A stretch of 64,000 nt of DNA, taken from the NCBI GenBank assembly GCA_030765485.1, contig JAVCCR010000014.1:14332-78331 (forward strand). Direction: 5' to 3'. Origin of the DNA: Candidatus Gygaella obscura (GTDB lineage Bacteria > Omnitrophota > Gorgyraeia > Gygaellales > Gygaellaceae). The translations under genes and the position numbers were made by a program. Under the pieces are notes generated by a model. It was not told the origin of the DNA, ran no database searches, and worked only from the letters and a program-made list of their open reading frames with translations. Shown here one piece after another: positions 31,101 to 39,066 of this stretch (positions are counted from its first letter, which is position 1; every line of letters begins with the position of its first letter).

Positions 31101-31638
31101 CAATCTTGTGTTTGTTTTAAATACGTTTAATGTAGAGAATTTACCTGATTTTATTGAGTTTGCAGCTAGGCTTGGTGTAGATAGCGTAGTATGCAATTAC
31201 ATGACGATTTATTCTCAGAGTCATTTAAAATCTTCTTGCTTTTTTAAGCAAGATATCACTAATTCTATGATAGAAAAAGCTAAAGCAACTGCTTTAAAGC
31301 ACAATCTAATTGTTAATTTACCAGCGATGTTTAATGAAAACAGTTATCCTCGGGTTAAATGTTCTGATCCCTGGGAATATATCTATATAGAGACTGAAGG
31401 GTCAGTTTTGCCTTGCTGTTTTGCTGGGTCACATATAAGTTATTTATATCGTGATGATTTTAAGGAGATTTGGAACGGGCAGGTTTATCAGGAATTAAGA
31501 CGTTCTTTAAATAACGGCGGTCAGGCCCTATGGTGCAAGCATTGTATTAAAAATAATGCTTCAAATGTAAATAATTTGCGTTCTCACGTAAGTTTTCGAG
31601 AAGATATACAGAAGAATATCTTAGAATTCAATAAATAA
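25147..31638 (+). CDS. 2163-aa multidomain fusion: GT2 – ~290-aa coiled coil – TM hairpin – GT2 – GT4 – radical SAM/SPASM-like – radical SAM/SPASM-like
   Basis: aa 1-250 GT2 ('VSIITVNFNG...DNGSSDGS...NNDT'). aa ~300-590 continuous heptad-rich K/E/L/S sequence. aa ~600-690 two hydrophobic helices. aa ~700-950 second GT2 ('SLVMPNYNG...VDDASKDGS...INNDIKL'). aa ~1010-1340 GT4 with 'GIKGKVLEAMAVGLPVVST'. aa ~1370-1760 rSAM 'CNSRCIMC' (29527-29550) + 'SGGEPFL'. aa ~1790-2163 rSAM 'CNANCVFC' (30694-30717) with C-terminal 'PCCFAG...WCKHC' Cys cluster. Confidence 0.85.
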   Translation: MKNRFPKVSIITVNFNGKKFLKNLLDGLFFLNYPKDKTEIIFIDNGSSDGSVAFVKNKYPKVKIIRNKLNNYCVGINLGIKASKAEFVALLNNDTKVDKDWLVELVSCIRTGKNIAAVGSKVLKYDGLIQTAGHYELPNYYWGERHSGKKSASLSKREQVDSLCGASVIYNRALIFKLGLFDEDFIMYGEDVDISYRLRSAGYRLLVEPKSIVYHTFHGTASVELSNFYIERNRLLFIAKHMPDRLPGALLGNGYFVTTKNQHNKSGIYEVLSIVLRKLIDNSSLEKVNYLMPQIFAELRKIIAYENDYLSNEINKLRDNLDKTYKTYKKIDKELFDKKDELARKDEQKQKLDRQIKEIRINDLANLKRINNQQNLLLKQQQKEIVSVKKDVSKLSDSVNDREKQIIKRDSEYSKLKESIESLRDSIRSKDSQSNQHLFSIKRLGEEQQTLNSQLEKKKSEIVAKDYEISKLKENLAHSRDILDLKEADLKEKSNYIDQFSDSLRNVNTQLEIRIEELSKQFAFIQEEYDKKLKELHDSNINTEKLKAEIAGLDSGLKDKRNQLIDKDKELKASIEQIVCLRNEIDCIYSSKGYRFILSPIWKTIFLFKKFFSSLRQLLLKVKQILTSLVLKPVALIKKIARIILLVFNRTFLAKLFWFGVSAVCSFFVLLLFLGLSAEYLLWNLLRPVLSRIKPKRNPIKVNDSVKISLVMPNYNGIDILKEALPTIFSIERFANGNDEVLIVDDASKDGSVKFIKENYPKIKLIRNYRNKGFGYTSNRAVKSAKHEVVVLINNDIKLTKDFLKHLVDSLKDKNVFSVTPKLYGWDEKTFAWGMHMGHFENGYIRLWNECETGNGDRINRPSPSLFAIGGAMVFRKSDFIWLKGFDSIYKPNCWEDIDISYRAWKRGLKVIYEPRSLLFHKARATLTYERPKEIKNELLFTWKNITDKNILLNHINLLPDNFYRYRMSFLKGFLWALLFLPRALLHRLMERPFIKQDDSLIINHCMNYYRNFRLRGFKHLLPQEKKTILMVTSFLPFPLNIGGRIRIYNLAKQLSKKYNVMLLSLIDKEEELNCVPELKKVFKEVFTVFPKSPLNLKLFPERYKFSYSQILIEKLIELNNEYAIDFIQIESNELLYLQPYIDYTPVVYTEHDCSSLFYKNSYYKRNGFLADFFDYLKRVRFHILALSKLKHIIVLSKEDRSILRSFLPEKKFSLIPTGVDLEHFKFSETIKSRGNRLIYVGHYPHYPNEDAVVHFVKKIFPLIRKHVPDIEFHIVGSGVTDAVSNLAHSKGVKVIGEVEDVYDYLRFADIFVNPIRISSGIKGKVLEAMAVGLPVVSTKIGSSGITALGGKEIILVNSNINFARQVVRLVKNSELRLKIAKDARLFVEHNYDWQRVYTMLDSFFEDIYTLSLPEERANMDLANLVNTLNENLQDSIDQGDISYDFQNGPKELHIELDYHCNSRCIMCDLWDYSKRNNSKEVLTKNDIKKLLDTSNKLEHIDTVVLSGGEPFLKNDLFDICRILLQKYPHLSLGILTNGIDTQRIIDISVRVKNELRPANFWLGTSLDGVGQVHDYVRGRKGAYDAVIATIAQCRKNNIEITATFTITAENFDCLLPAKKVADSCGIDFYIQFVVPKQERSTSVFKFSNKALSRIEKDLFELIRQELEKTGFKDQASASEIEKNPGLLAKIYYLSHLKKYQTDPKRYFRKCVAGSRFAMIDPLGRLYFCPGLKNAAIGNIKKEKFDDLWMSDKANNTRKFIYKQLCNCWLVCIVFPVIDKFLFEKEEDVKIANSKNSSILKVEDKRISFCNEHKSLQEYNRRVNKDEFDKGEIILKSTPRGIGLGVHWKCNANCVFCLGGHPKLFNMDTYRKFFEEKLFDILPRADYLNLCGFGELLLMPQCNELLTYLNNSLPHINKIITTNGSTITDEVIGYLTSGRYSLQVSMHASNQKLHNMITNLNNFDFIVGQIKKMLRQRKDKSSPSVNLVFVLNTFNVENLPDFIEFAARLGVDSVVCNYMTIYSQSHLKSSCFFKQDITNSMIEKAKATALKHNLIVNLPAMFNENSYPRVKCSDPWEYIYIETEGSVLPCCFAGSHISYLYRDDFKEIWNGQVYQELRRSLNNGGQALWCKHCIKNNASNVNNLRSHVSFREDIQKNILEFNK
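26044..26914 (+). other. Long predicted coiled-coil segment inside the giant fusion protein; candidate chain-length 'molecular ruler'
   Basis: ~290 aa of uninterrupted charged, heptad-like sequence ('SKLKESIESLRDSIRSKD...ISKLKENLAHSRDILDLKEADLKEK...') between two GT2 domains. Confidence 0.55.
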
Positions 31639-31653
31639 TAATAAACAGATTAT

Positions 31654-34356
31654 ATGAAAATTGCTTTAGTGCAGTGTCCTGGTTGGGGTAGAGATTGTCC
31701 GCCTTATGCAATGGTTTTATTAGGTGCAATTTTAAAAAAAGCAGGTCACAAAGTTGATTATCTTGATATCAATAATGCTCTTTTTTGCAGTGGACCTGAT
31801 AAATATAGAAAATTTTGGGATGATAAAGATTTATATAGTTTTTGGTCATCAAAAAAAATGGTTGATGAGTTCATAAAGGACAACAAAAGGATGCTTGATT
31901 ATCAGGTGGATAGGATTTTATCTTCTGGTGTAAAGATGGTAGGTTTTACAGTACAGTTTAGTTCTTTGATTCTTAGCCTTGAGTTGGCCAAACGTATAAA
32001 GCAGCAGGATAATAGCCGTATAATTGTTTTTGGCGGGCCGGATTGCTCAAGGGAGCTTCGTGGTTTGGAAATAGCCAGAAATAAGTTTGTGGATATAGTT
32101 TGTGTTGGGGAGGGGGAAGAGGTTATAGTTGATGTTGCTTCGCTTATAGAAGGGGAAAATCGATTAGAGTTTATAAAGGGAACTTTGATAAAAGCTAAGG
32201 ATTCTTTTATTGATTGCGGTGATAGGAAGGTTATCAAGGGTTTAGACGATTTGCCTTTTCCGGATTATAAGGCGTTTGAGGAGGATATATCCTGTCGGCT
32301 TTATGCCCAGCCCGAACGTTTAGATATTTTTGATAGTCGGGGATGTCCGAGGCAGTGTCATTTCTGCAGCGAGTGGCAGTATTGGAAGAATTTCCGTTTT
32401 ATGAGCGGAGATAAGATGTTTTCTGAGGTTTGTAATGGGGTGAAGAATTTTCCTGGTGTAGATTATTTTTATTTTATCGGATCTTTGTTAAATGGTAACC
32501 TAAAGGCGCTTTCGCGTTTTTGTGATTTAGTGATTGAACACGATTTAAATATAAGATGGGCCGGACAGGTAATTATAAGGCCGGAAATGGACAAGGAGCT
32601 GCTTCAGAAGATGAAGTTAGCTGGGTGTGAGTGGTTAAGCTATGGAGTGGAAAGCGGGTCACAGAGGGTTTTAAATAAGATGAATAAAAGGTTCAGCCTT
32701 CAAGTAGCCGAAGAGGTAATTAGGAATACTCATTTGGCAGGGATTAATCAACAGGTTAATTTTATGTTTGGTTTTCCTACGGAAACAGAAGTTGAAGCAG
32801 ATGAAACAATTAATCTCTTGAAGAAAATAAGGAAAAATATCGATTCTGTATTGGCTAGCCAGTCTTTTTGTGTTATTGATAAAGGCACATATATTTATGA
32901 ACACCCAGAGGAGTTTTCACTTATCGATAAGGAACACCATCTTTTTTGGGAAAGCAAAGACAACACCTATCTTATTAGGTTTAATAGATATGAGAAGTTT
33001 TGTAAAGAAGCCTTGGCTTTGGGCCTGCCTGAAACCTCAGGACTTTTGAGAAATAAACCAGATAAATGGAGTCTTTTGGGCGAGTACCATTTATACAAAA
33101 AAGATTATGAAAATGCTATAGTTTGTTTTAAGAAAGCTTTTGACAAAGAATTTTTAAAGGAAAACATCCAAGAAAAAATAAATAAGTGCCGTGATTTATT
33201 AAGTCAGGAAACACTAGTTATCGAAAAGCCGAGTTTAGTTTCGTTTGAAGTTAAAAAAGATCAAATATTGCAGGATCATTCTTTTTTAAGCGATAGGTAT
33301 AAAGATATCGCGTGTTATCTTCTTAACCACGGCTTGGATTTAAAGCTGAAGAATTTTCTTTTGGTAGAGAAGGAAAAGATGCAGAGAAAAGAGGTTTTAT
33401 CCGGCTATCCTTATTGGTGTGTAATTGACCCAGCGAATTACTGCAACCTTAAGTGCCCATTTTGTCCTACCGGTCAAGGACGAAACTCTCGTTTTAGATC
33501 GATCTTATCACTAGATAATTATAAACGAATCATTGAAGAGATCGGACCTTATCTTATACATATTGATTTTTGTAATTGGGGAGAACCTTTTTTAAACCCG
33601 AATATTTTCGAGATGATCAGGCTTGCTAAAGAATATGATATTGATACAAAGGTTGATTCAAATTTTAATTTACTTACAGAAAATGATTTGGATAGGTTGA
33701 TAGCATCAGGTCTTGATAAGGTTATAGTATCGATTGATGGAGTTAGCGAAGAAACTTATTCAAAATATAGAGTAGGCGGTAATTATTATAAGGCAATGGA
33801 TAATATGAAGAAGCTGATTGAGAAAAAAAGACGCTTGAATAGTTTAAATCCGCAGGTTCATTGGCAATTTCTGGTATTTAGGCATAATGAACATGAGATA
33901 GAACAGGCCAAAAGAATAGCCGATAATCTGGGCGTTGATCATCTAGGCATAACTAAAGCATTTATTGGTAACAAAGATTGGTTCCCTGAGAATAAAGAAT
34001 ATAGTAATTATCACGGTGATACTTTAAAGGATGTTGATAGCGCTAAGGATACAGCTTTGTTATTTAAGGATAGTAGTTCAAAGATTTGTTATTGGCCGTG
34101 GGAGGCGATAGCTATTAATCCTAATGGTTCAGTATCAGTCTGTTGCTCGGTAGAGGAAGAAAAAGATGATTTTGGCAATATTTTTAATCAGCCTTTTAAT
34201 AAGCTATGGAATAACGATAAATACGTTTCTGCAAGAAGATTTTTGGTAAACAGAGGCAATAATGGACATAAACATTCCGAGGATAATATATGTTTTAGGT
34301 GTAAACACATAGGAATGATTAATATCAGTTTAGCTTCTATGAGCAGTTTTCAATAA
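31654..34356 (+). CDS. Two-module radical SAM fusion: B12-binding (class B) radical SAM + TPR-like linker + radical SAM/SPASM-like
   Basis: N-terminal 'MKIALVQCPGWGRDCPPYAMVLLGAILKKAGHKVDYLDIN' B12-binding-like domain, then 'RGCPRQCHFCSEW' (CxxxCxxC). Second module 'NYCNLKCPFCPTGQG' with C-terminal 'CCSVEEE...CFRCKH' cluster. Confidence 0.8.
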   Translation: MKIALVQCPGWGRDCPPYAMVLLGAILKKAGHKVDYLDINNALFCSGPDKYRKFWDDKDLYSFWSSKKMVDEFIKDNKRMLDYQVDRILSSGVKMVGFTVQFSSLILSLELAKRIKQQDNSRIIVFGGPDCSRELRGLEIARNKFVDIVCVGEGEEVIVDVASLIEGENRLEFIKGTLIKAKDSFIDCGDRKVIKGLDDLPFPDYKAFEEDISCRLYAQPERLDIFDSRGCPRQCHFCSEWQYWKNFRFMSGDKMFSEVCNGVKNFPGVDYFYFIGSLLNGNLKALSRFCDLVIEHDLNIRWAGQVIIRPEMDKELLQKMKLAGCEWLSYGVESGSQRVLNKMNKRFSLQVAEEVIRNTHLAGINQQVNFMFGFPTETEVEADETINLLKKIRKNIDSVLASQSFCVIDKGTYIYEHPEEFSLIDKEHHLFWESKDNTYLIRFNRYEKFCKEALALGLPETSGLLRNKPDKWSLLGEYHLYKKDYENAIVCFKKAFDKEFLKENIQEKINKCRDLLSQETLVIEKPSLVSFEVKKDQILQDHSFLSDRYKDIACYLLNHGLDLKLKNFLLVEKEKMQRKEVLSGYPYWCVIDPANYCNLKCPFCPTGQGRNSRFRSILSLDNYKRIIEEIGPYLIHIDFCNWGEPFLNPNIFEMIRLAKEYDIDTKVDSNFNLLTENDLDRLIASGLDKVIVSIDGVSEETYSKYRVGGNYYKAMDNMKKLIEKKRRLNSLNPQVHWQFLVFRHNEHEIEQAKRIADNLGVDHLGITKAFIGNKDWFPENKEYSNYHGDTLKDVDSAKDTALLFKDSSSKICYWPWEAIAINPNGSVSVCCSVEEEKDDFGNIFNQPFNKLWNNDKYVSARRFLVNRGNNGHKHSEDNICFRCKHIGMINISLASMSSFQ

Positions 34357-34364
34357 TAGGTAAT

Positions 34365-37310
34365 ATGGAAAAAGAAAAAAGAATAAAGTTTGTTTGGAAT
34401 CTGCATTATGCCTGTAATTACAGGTGTAGTTACTGTAATTTTAATGGTAGCTGGGATGAGCTTTCAGTAAAAAATAAGAAAATTAGCAAGAATGATTGGA
34501 TTAAGGCATGGGATAGGATTTATGATTTATATGGAAGCGTTGATATTCATCTTGTTGGTGGAGAGCCTTGCATATATCCTGATTTTACTGAGATTGTTTG
34601 TAGAATCTCAAAGAAGCATTTTTTAGGTCTTACTACTAATCTTTCAGTTGATTTTAAAAGGTTTGCTGACAGTGTTTCGCCGAAAAGATTTGAGTTTGGT
34701 ATAGGGGCTAGTTTTCATCCGCAGTACGTTAAATTTGAAGACTTTCTAAGTAAGGTGATTGAATTGAAGAATAAAGGGTTTAAAATCTGGGTAAATTATG
34801 TTGCCTATCCGCCCCAGATTGATAAAATGAATTTTTTTAAAAGCACACTTCAAAAACACGGTATTCCTTTTGTCGTACAGCCGTTTCGTGGGACATATAA
34901 TGATAAAATTTACCCTGAGGCTTATACCGATAGTGATCGGTCTATTATTAAGGATATTGCCGGTACGGATTCAAGTATTCAGCAAGACATGCAGTATCAG
35001 TTGGATCGCAAGAATACAAAAGGAGTGCTTTGTAGGGCAGGGCAGATCTTAGCACATATAGAACCCGATGGCACAGTTAAAAGATGTGGTTTGATTGAAA
35101 AGCCTATTGGTAATATATTCGATGCAAACTTTCGATTATTAGATAAACCTTTACCTTGCACTGAAGAACATTGTCCTTGTGATTATATATATTTGGTAGA
35201 TTCGAATGAAAAATTAAATGAGTATTCTGCGAAAAGACAAGATAATATCTCGGAAAAAGAAGCAAGCGCACATGTGGTTGTTGATTTGATTGAAGAGGCT
35301 GAATTTTGTCTGTTTAAGCTGGAGGATTTTGATACCGCAGAGGCATTGATAAAAAAGGCACTTGCAAAAGATAAAGATAATATTTGGGGGCTAAGGGTTT
35401 TAGCTAACATTTTTAGAAGAAAAGCTGAAAGTAATAATAATGATAATCTTTTGCTTCAAAAGGCAAGAGAAGTTATTGATGATGCGTTATTTATAAGCAA
35501 AGGGGATTCATGTGTGCTTGCTGAATCAGCGCGGATTTATCTTGCGCAGAATCAATATAGAAAGGCAGATTTTGAAATTGTTAAGGCGATTAAAAAAGAT
35601 TCGGAAAATACATATTTTCAGGAGGTGAATCAGAAGATAAAAGATACGGCCTTGTCTTCTATTGATAAGAATTCTTTATCCGTTTCTAATGATCATTTAG
35701 ATATGATGCTTGTTTTGACTCCGGGGTGGGGTAGGGAATCGGCTCCGTTTGCTCTGGCGTCTTTGACAGGTCTTTTGAGGAAGCATAATTTTATAGTTAA
35801 ATCGTTTGATATTAATAATTTTATTTTTCATAGACTTTCTTCTGATAAAAGCAGTGTACAGTTGTGGGATTGGGAGCAGTGCGGTTTTTGGGACGATCGG
35901 CCGTCTGTCGAAAATTTTATCAATAAAAATTCTATTTTAATAGATTCTATAGTTGATTCTATCCTTAAGCAAAAACCAGAGGTTATCGGTTTCTCGGTAT
36001 ATCTGACAACTAAAATAATGAGTCTTGAGTTTGCAAGACGCATAAAAGCAAAAAATCCTAATATTTTAATAGTGTTTGGTGGTTCGCAGTGTCGCCGAAA
36101 AGAAAACTGGAGAGAGCTTATTGAAAATGATTTTGTCGATGCAATTATTTTAGATGATGCAGAAGCAACAATTATCGATTTTTTGAATATTTTTAAGAAA
36201 GAAAAAAAGATTAAATATTGTCCTGGTCTTATTTATCGTGATGGTACTGATATTATAGATTGTGGTGATAGGTCTGTTGTTGATTTAGATGATTTGCCTT
36301 TTGCCGATTTTAGTGATTTTGATTTTAAAAGCTATAAATGCCCGCATATTATCAAAATTGCTTTTAGCCGTGGTTGTACAGAAGGTTGCGCTTATTGTAG
36401 TGCTCGTACAGTATGGCGGGGTTTTAGGACAATGAATGGAGAGAGGATTTTTAATGAGATAAAGTTTCAGGTCGAGAATTTTCATAAGAGAATGGATTAT
36501 TCAATGATCCCTCATTTAATTTTCCTCGATTCTTTAATCAACGCAAATATGCTTGTATTGAAGGATTGGCTTATGCGGTTAGTGGAAGTACGCAAGGATA
36601 AAAATGGTCCGCTTTTTAATTTTATCTGGAGAGCGCAAGCGATTATACGACCGGAAATGAATGAGGAGATTATATCCTTGATCAAGGATTCAGGGTGTGT
36701 AGAGATAAATTATGGGATAGAAAGCGGTTCTGCAAAGGTCTTAAAAGATATGCGAAAAAGATATACGCCTGAGATTGCAGAAAAGGTAGTTCGTTGTATT
36801 TACAAATATGGTATACCGGCAAAAGCTAATTTTATGTTTGGTTTTCCTACCGAAACAGAAGAAGATTTTAAAGGTACACTAAATTTTATTCAAAGGAATG
36901 CCCGATTTATGACAGAGGTTTATCCTAGCAGGACATTTTGTGCTATTGAGAGATTCACTTATCTGTTTGAAAATAGGGAAAAATTCGGAATTTTACCGCA
37001 AAAGCAGGAAAACCATCTTTTTTGGCAATCGCAGAACGGAAAGAATAATTATCTTGTAAGAGTGGAAAGATATTTTGCCTTCTGTAAGCTACTTGCAAAT
37101 CTTGATCATAAGCCTTTGGTGACGGGGGTTGATAATATTGAACGGGACAAGTGGCTTTCTCTCGGACAGTATTATCAGTATGAACAGGATTTTACCAAGG
37201 CGTTAGAGTGTTATGATAATTATATTAAGTTAAACGGAGTTATTGATTCAGTGGAAGAGTCTATGAATATATGCAAAGCCTATTTATCCAAAAGAGAGAC
37301 GAAAATCTAA
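34365..37310 (+). CDS. Two-module radical SAM fusion: radical SAM module + TPR region + B12-binding (class B) radical SAM
   Basis: N-terminal 'NLHYACNYRCSYCNF' + 'HLVGGEPCIYP' + C-terminal 'CRAG...RCG...PCTEEHCPCD'. After the TPR region: 'MMLVLTPGWGRESAPFALASLTGLLRKHNF' (B12-like) and 'RGCTEGCAYCSART'. Confidence 0.8.
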   Translation: MEKEKRIKFVWNLHYACNYRCSYCNFNGSWDELSVKNKKISKNDWIKAWDRIYDLYGSVDIHLVGGEPCIYPDFTEIVCRISKKHFLGLTTNLSVDFKRFADSVSPKRFEFGIGASFHPQYVKFEDFLSKVIELKNKGFKIWVNYVAYPPQIDKMNFFKSTLQKHGIPFVVQPFRGTYNDKIYPEAYTDSDRSIIKDIAGTDSSIQQDMQYQLDRKNTKGVLCRAGQILAHIEPDGTVKRCGLIEKPIGNIFDANFRLLDKPLPCTEEHCPCDYIYLVDSNEKLNEYSAKRQDNISEKEASAHVVVDLIEEAEFCLFKLEDFDTAEALIKKALAKDKDNIWGLRVLANIFRRKAESNNNDNLLLQKAREVIDDALFISKGDSCVLAESARIYLAQNQYRKADFEIVKAIKKDSENTYFQEVNQKIKDTALSSIDKNSLSVSNDHLDMMLVLTPGWGRESAPFALASLTGLLRKHNFIVKSFDINNFIFHRLSSDKSSVQLWDWEQCGFWDDRPSVENFINKNSILIDSIVDSILKQKPEVIGFSVYLTTKIMSLEFARRIKAKNPNILIVFGGSQCRRKENWRELIENDFVDAIILDDAEATIIDFLNIFKKEKKIKYCPGLIYRDGTDIIDCGDRSVVDLDDLPFADFSDFDFKSYKCPHIIKIAFSRGCTEGCAYCSARTVWRGFRTMNGERIFNEIKFQVENFHKRMDYSMIPHLIFLDSLINANMLVLKDWLMRLVEVRKDKNGPLFNFIWRAQAIIRPEMNEEIISLIKDSGCVEINYGIESGSAKVLKDMRKRYTPEIAEKVVRCIYKYGIPAKANFMFGFPTETEEDFKGTLNFIQRNARFMTEVYPSRTFCAIERFTYLFENREKFGILPQKQENHLFWQSQNGKNNYLVRVERYFAFCKLLANLDHKPLVTGVDNIERDKWLSLGQYYQYEQDFTKALECYDNYIKLNGVIDSVEESMNICKAYLSKRETKI

Positions 37311-37315
37311 TTTTT

Positions 37316-37996
37316 ATGGATAGATATGATAATGTTTCAATAATTATAGCATTTAAGGAAGAAAACGATTCCATTAAACAGGTTGTAAATGGTCTTGATG
37401 GTTTTAATTCCGAAAAGATTTTAATTGGAAAAGGTTTTTCTAAAGAAACACTTATGTTTTTGCAATCAAAAGGTGCAAAAGTTCATATTGTTGATGACCG
37501 GGGAAAAGGGCATGCTCTTCGCATTGGAGCAAAGATTGCTACTCGTGATATTCTGCTTTTTATTGACGCTGATGGTTCGCATATTCCTAGCGAAATCCCT
37601 TCTCTTGTAAGCCCGATTCTGGAGAATAAGGTTTCTTTGGTGGTTGCTTCTCGAGTATTAGGCCATAGCGAAGAGTATCATAATAATACAATTGAGAAAA
37701 TAAGACTTTTTGGTAACGTGATTGCAACAGGTATTATTAATTTTAGATGGAGTATCAGGTTGACTGATTCACAAAATGGTTTTCGGGCGATTAAAAGAAA
37801 TGTTTTTCAGAAACTTGATTTAAGAGAAGACGAATTTGCCATTGAGCAGGAAATGATTATGAAGTGCTTACGGATGAAAGAAAAGGTTTTGGAAGTGCCT
37901 AGCCATGAATTGCGTAGGGTATCAGGTTGTTCGAAGTTGAATACAATCACTATGTTACCCAAGTACATTTTTTGCCTGATTAAAAACATCATATGA
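37316..37996 (+). CDS. GtrB/Dpm1-like family-2 glycosyltransferase (polyprenol-phosphate sugar synthase-like)
   Basis: 'NVSIIIAF', 'ILLFIDADGSHIPSEI', 'ASRV'. The ORF-track start at 37271 overlaps the upstream gene. The ATG at 37316, just after that stop, is preferred, but the start is uncertain. Confidence 0.7.
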   Translation: MDRYDNVSIIIAFKEENDSIKQVVNGLDGFNSEKILIGKGFSKETLMFLQSKGAKVHIVDDRGKGHALRIGAKIATRDILLFIDADGSHIPSEIPSLVSPILENKVSLVVASRVLGHSEEYHNNTIEKIRLFGNVIATGIINFRWSIRLTDSQNGFRAIKRNVFQKLDLREDEFAIEQEMIMKCLRMKEKVLEVPSHELRRVSGCSKLNTITMLPKYIFCLIKNII

Positions 37997-39066
37997 TACG
38001 GACTATTCATTTATTAAAAAGCATAACTCTTTCTAATTTTTTAAGATTAAAATACCCTTATAAACTTACTTATGCCGTAACTTACAGGTGTAATTTGAAA
38101 TGTAAGATGTGCGCTATATGGAAAAAAGATTTATCTCAAGAACTATCTCTTGATGAAATTAACCGGTTTTTTAACAAATCGGGATTTTTTTCATGGATTG
38201 ATCTTACTGGAGGAGAGATTTTTTTAAGGGAAGATATATTTGATATATTAAGCATAATTTTAAATAATTGTTCTCGATTGAAGATAATCCATTTTCCAAC
38301 TAATGGACAGTTTCCCGAAGAAGCTCTGAAGTTTTTAATGATTGTTAATAAAACTAAAGGTGTTGTTCCCGTTGTGACTGTGAGTATTGATGGTGAGGAA
38401 GCTTTAAGCGATGACATAAGAGGGGTTAAAGGAGCTTGGAGAAACGCAGTAAACACTTTCAAAATTATCAAAGAATCAGGTTGTTCTTTTTGTTCGTTTG
38501 GCATTACTATCTCCCGCTATAATGTTCATTATTTAAGCCTTGAGCGTATTATATCTCAGGTTGTTAAAATTTATCCTGATATAGATAAGTCTGATTTTCA
38601 TTTTAACATTGCCCATTCATCTGAACATTATTACAGCAATCCATCAGAGGAAAATATGTTTAATGATTCTTATAGAGTTAAATTGTCTAATTTGTTACTT
38701 TTGAATAACAAAAACAGAATAAAAGGATTTTTACAAAATAATTATCTTTCTGGAATTAACAAGATTCTTAGAAATGGTGAATTTATGCCTTGCCAATCTC
38801 TTTCTGGTACATGTTTTTTAAATCCAGAGGGGTATTTGTATCCTTGTTCTATATATAATAGAAGATTATCACATATTCAAGAGATTGATTATGATGTGAG
38901 GCAGTATTGGGAAAATAAAGATTTAATTTGCTTATATAGGGATTTACAGTCTGGTAAGTGCCCCAAGTGCTGGACACCATGTGAAGCTTTCCCTAGCATA
39001 TTAGGATCTATATTAAGAAAACCGAGTAATATTAAAAAAAATATATTATGCAGACAAAGCGAATAG
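37993..39066 (+). CDS. Radical SAM/SPASM-like protein
   Basis: 'YRCNLKCKMCAIW', 'LTGGEIFL', C-terminal 'CQSLSGTCFLNPEGYLYPCS...CPKCWTPCEAF'. Paralogous to the first rSAM module of the giant fusion. Confidence 0.8.
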   Translation: MIRTIHLLKSITLSNFLRLKYPYKLTYAVTYRCNLKCKMCAIWKKDLSQELSLDEINRFFNKSGFFSWIDLTGGEIFLREDIFDILSIILNNCSRLKIIHFPTNGQFPEEALKFLMIVNKTKGVVPVVTVSIDGEEALSDDIRGVKGAWRNAVNTFKIIKESGCSFCSFGITISRYNVHYLSLERIISQVVKIYPDIDKSDFHFNIAHSSEHYYSNPSEENMFNDSYRVKLSNLLLLNNKNRIKGFLQNNYLSGINKILRNGEFMPCQSLSGTCFLNPEGYLYPCSIYNRRLSHIQEIDYDVRQYWENKDLICLYRDLQSGKCPKCWTPCEAFPSILGSILRKPSNIKKNILCRQSE

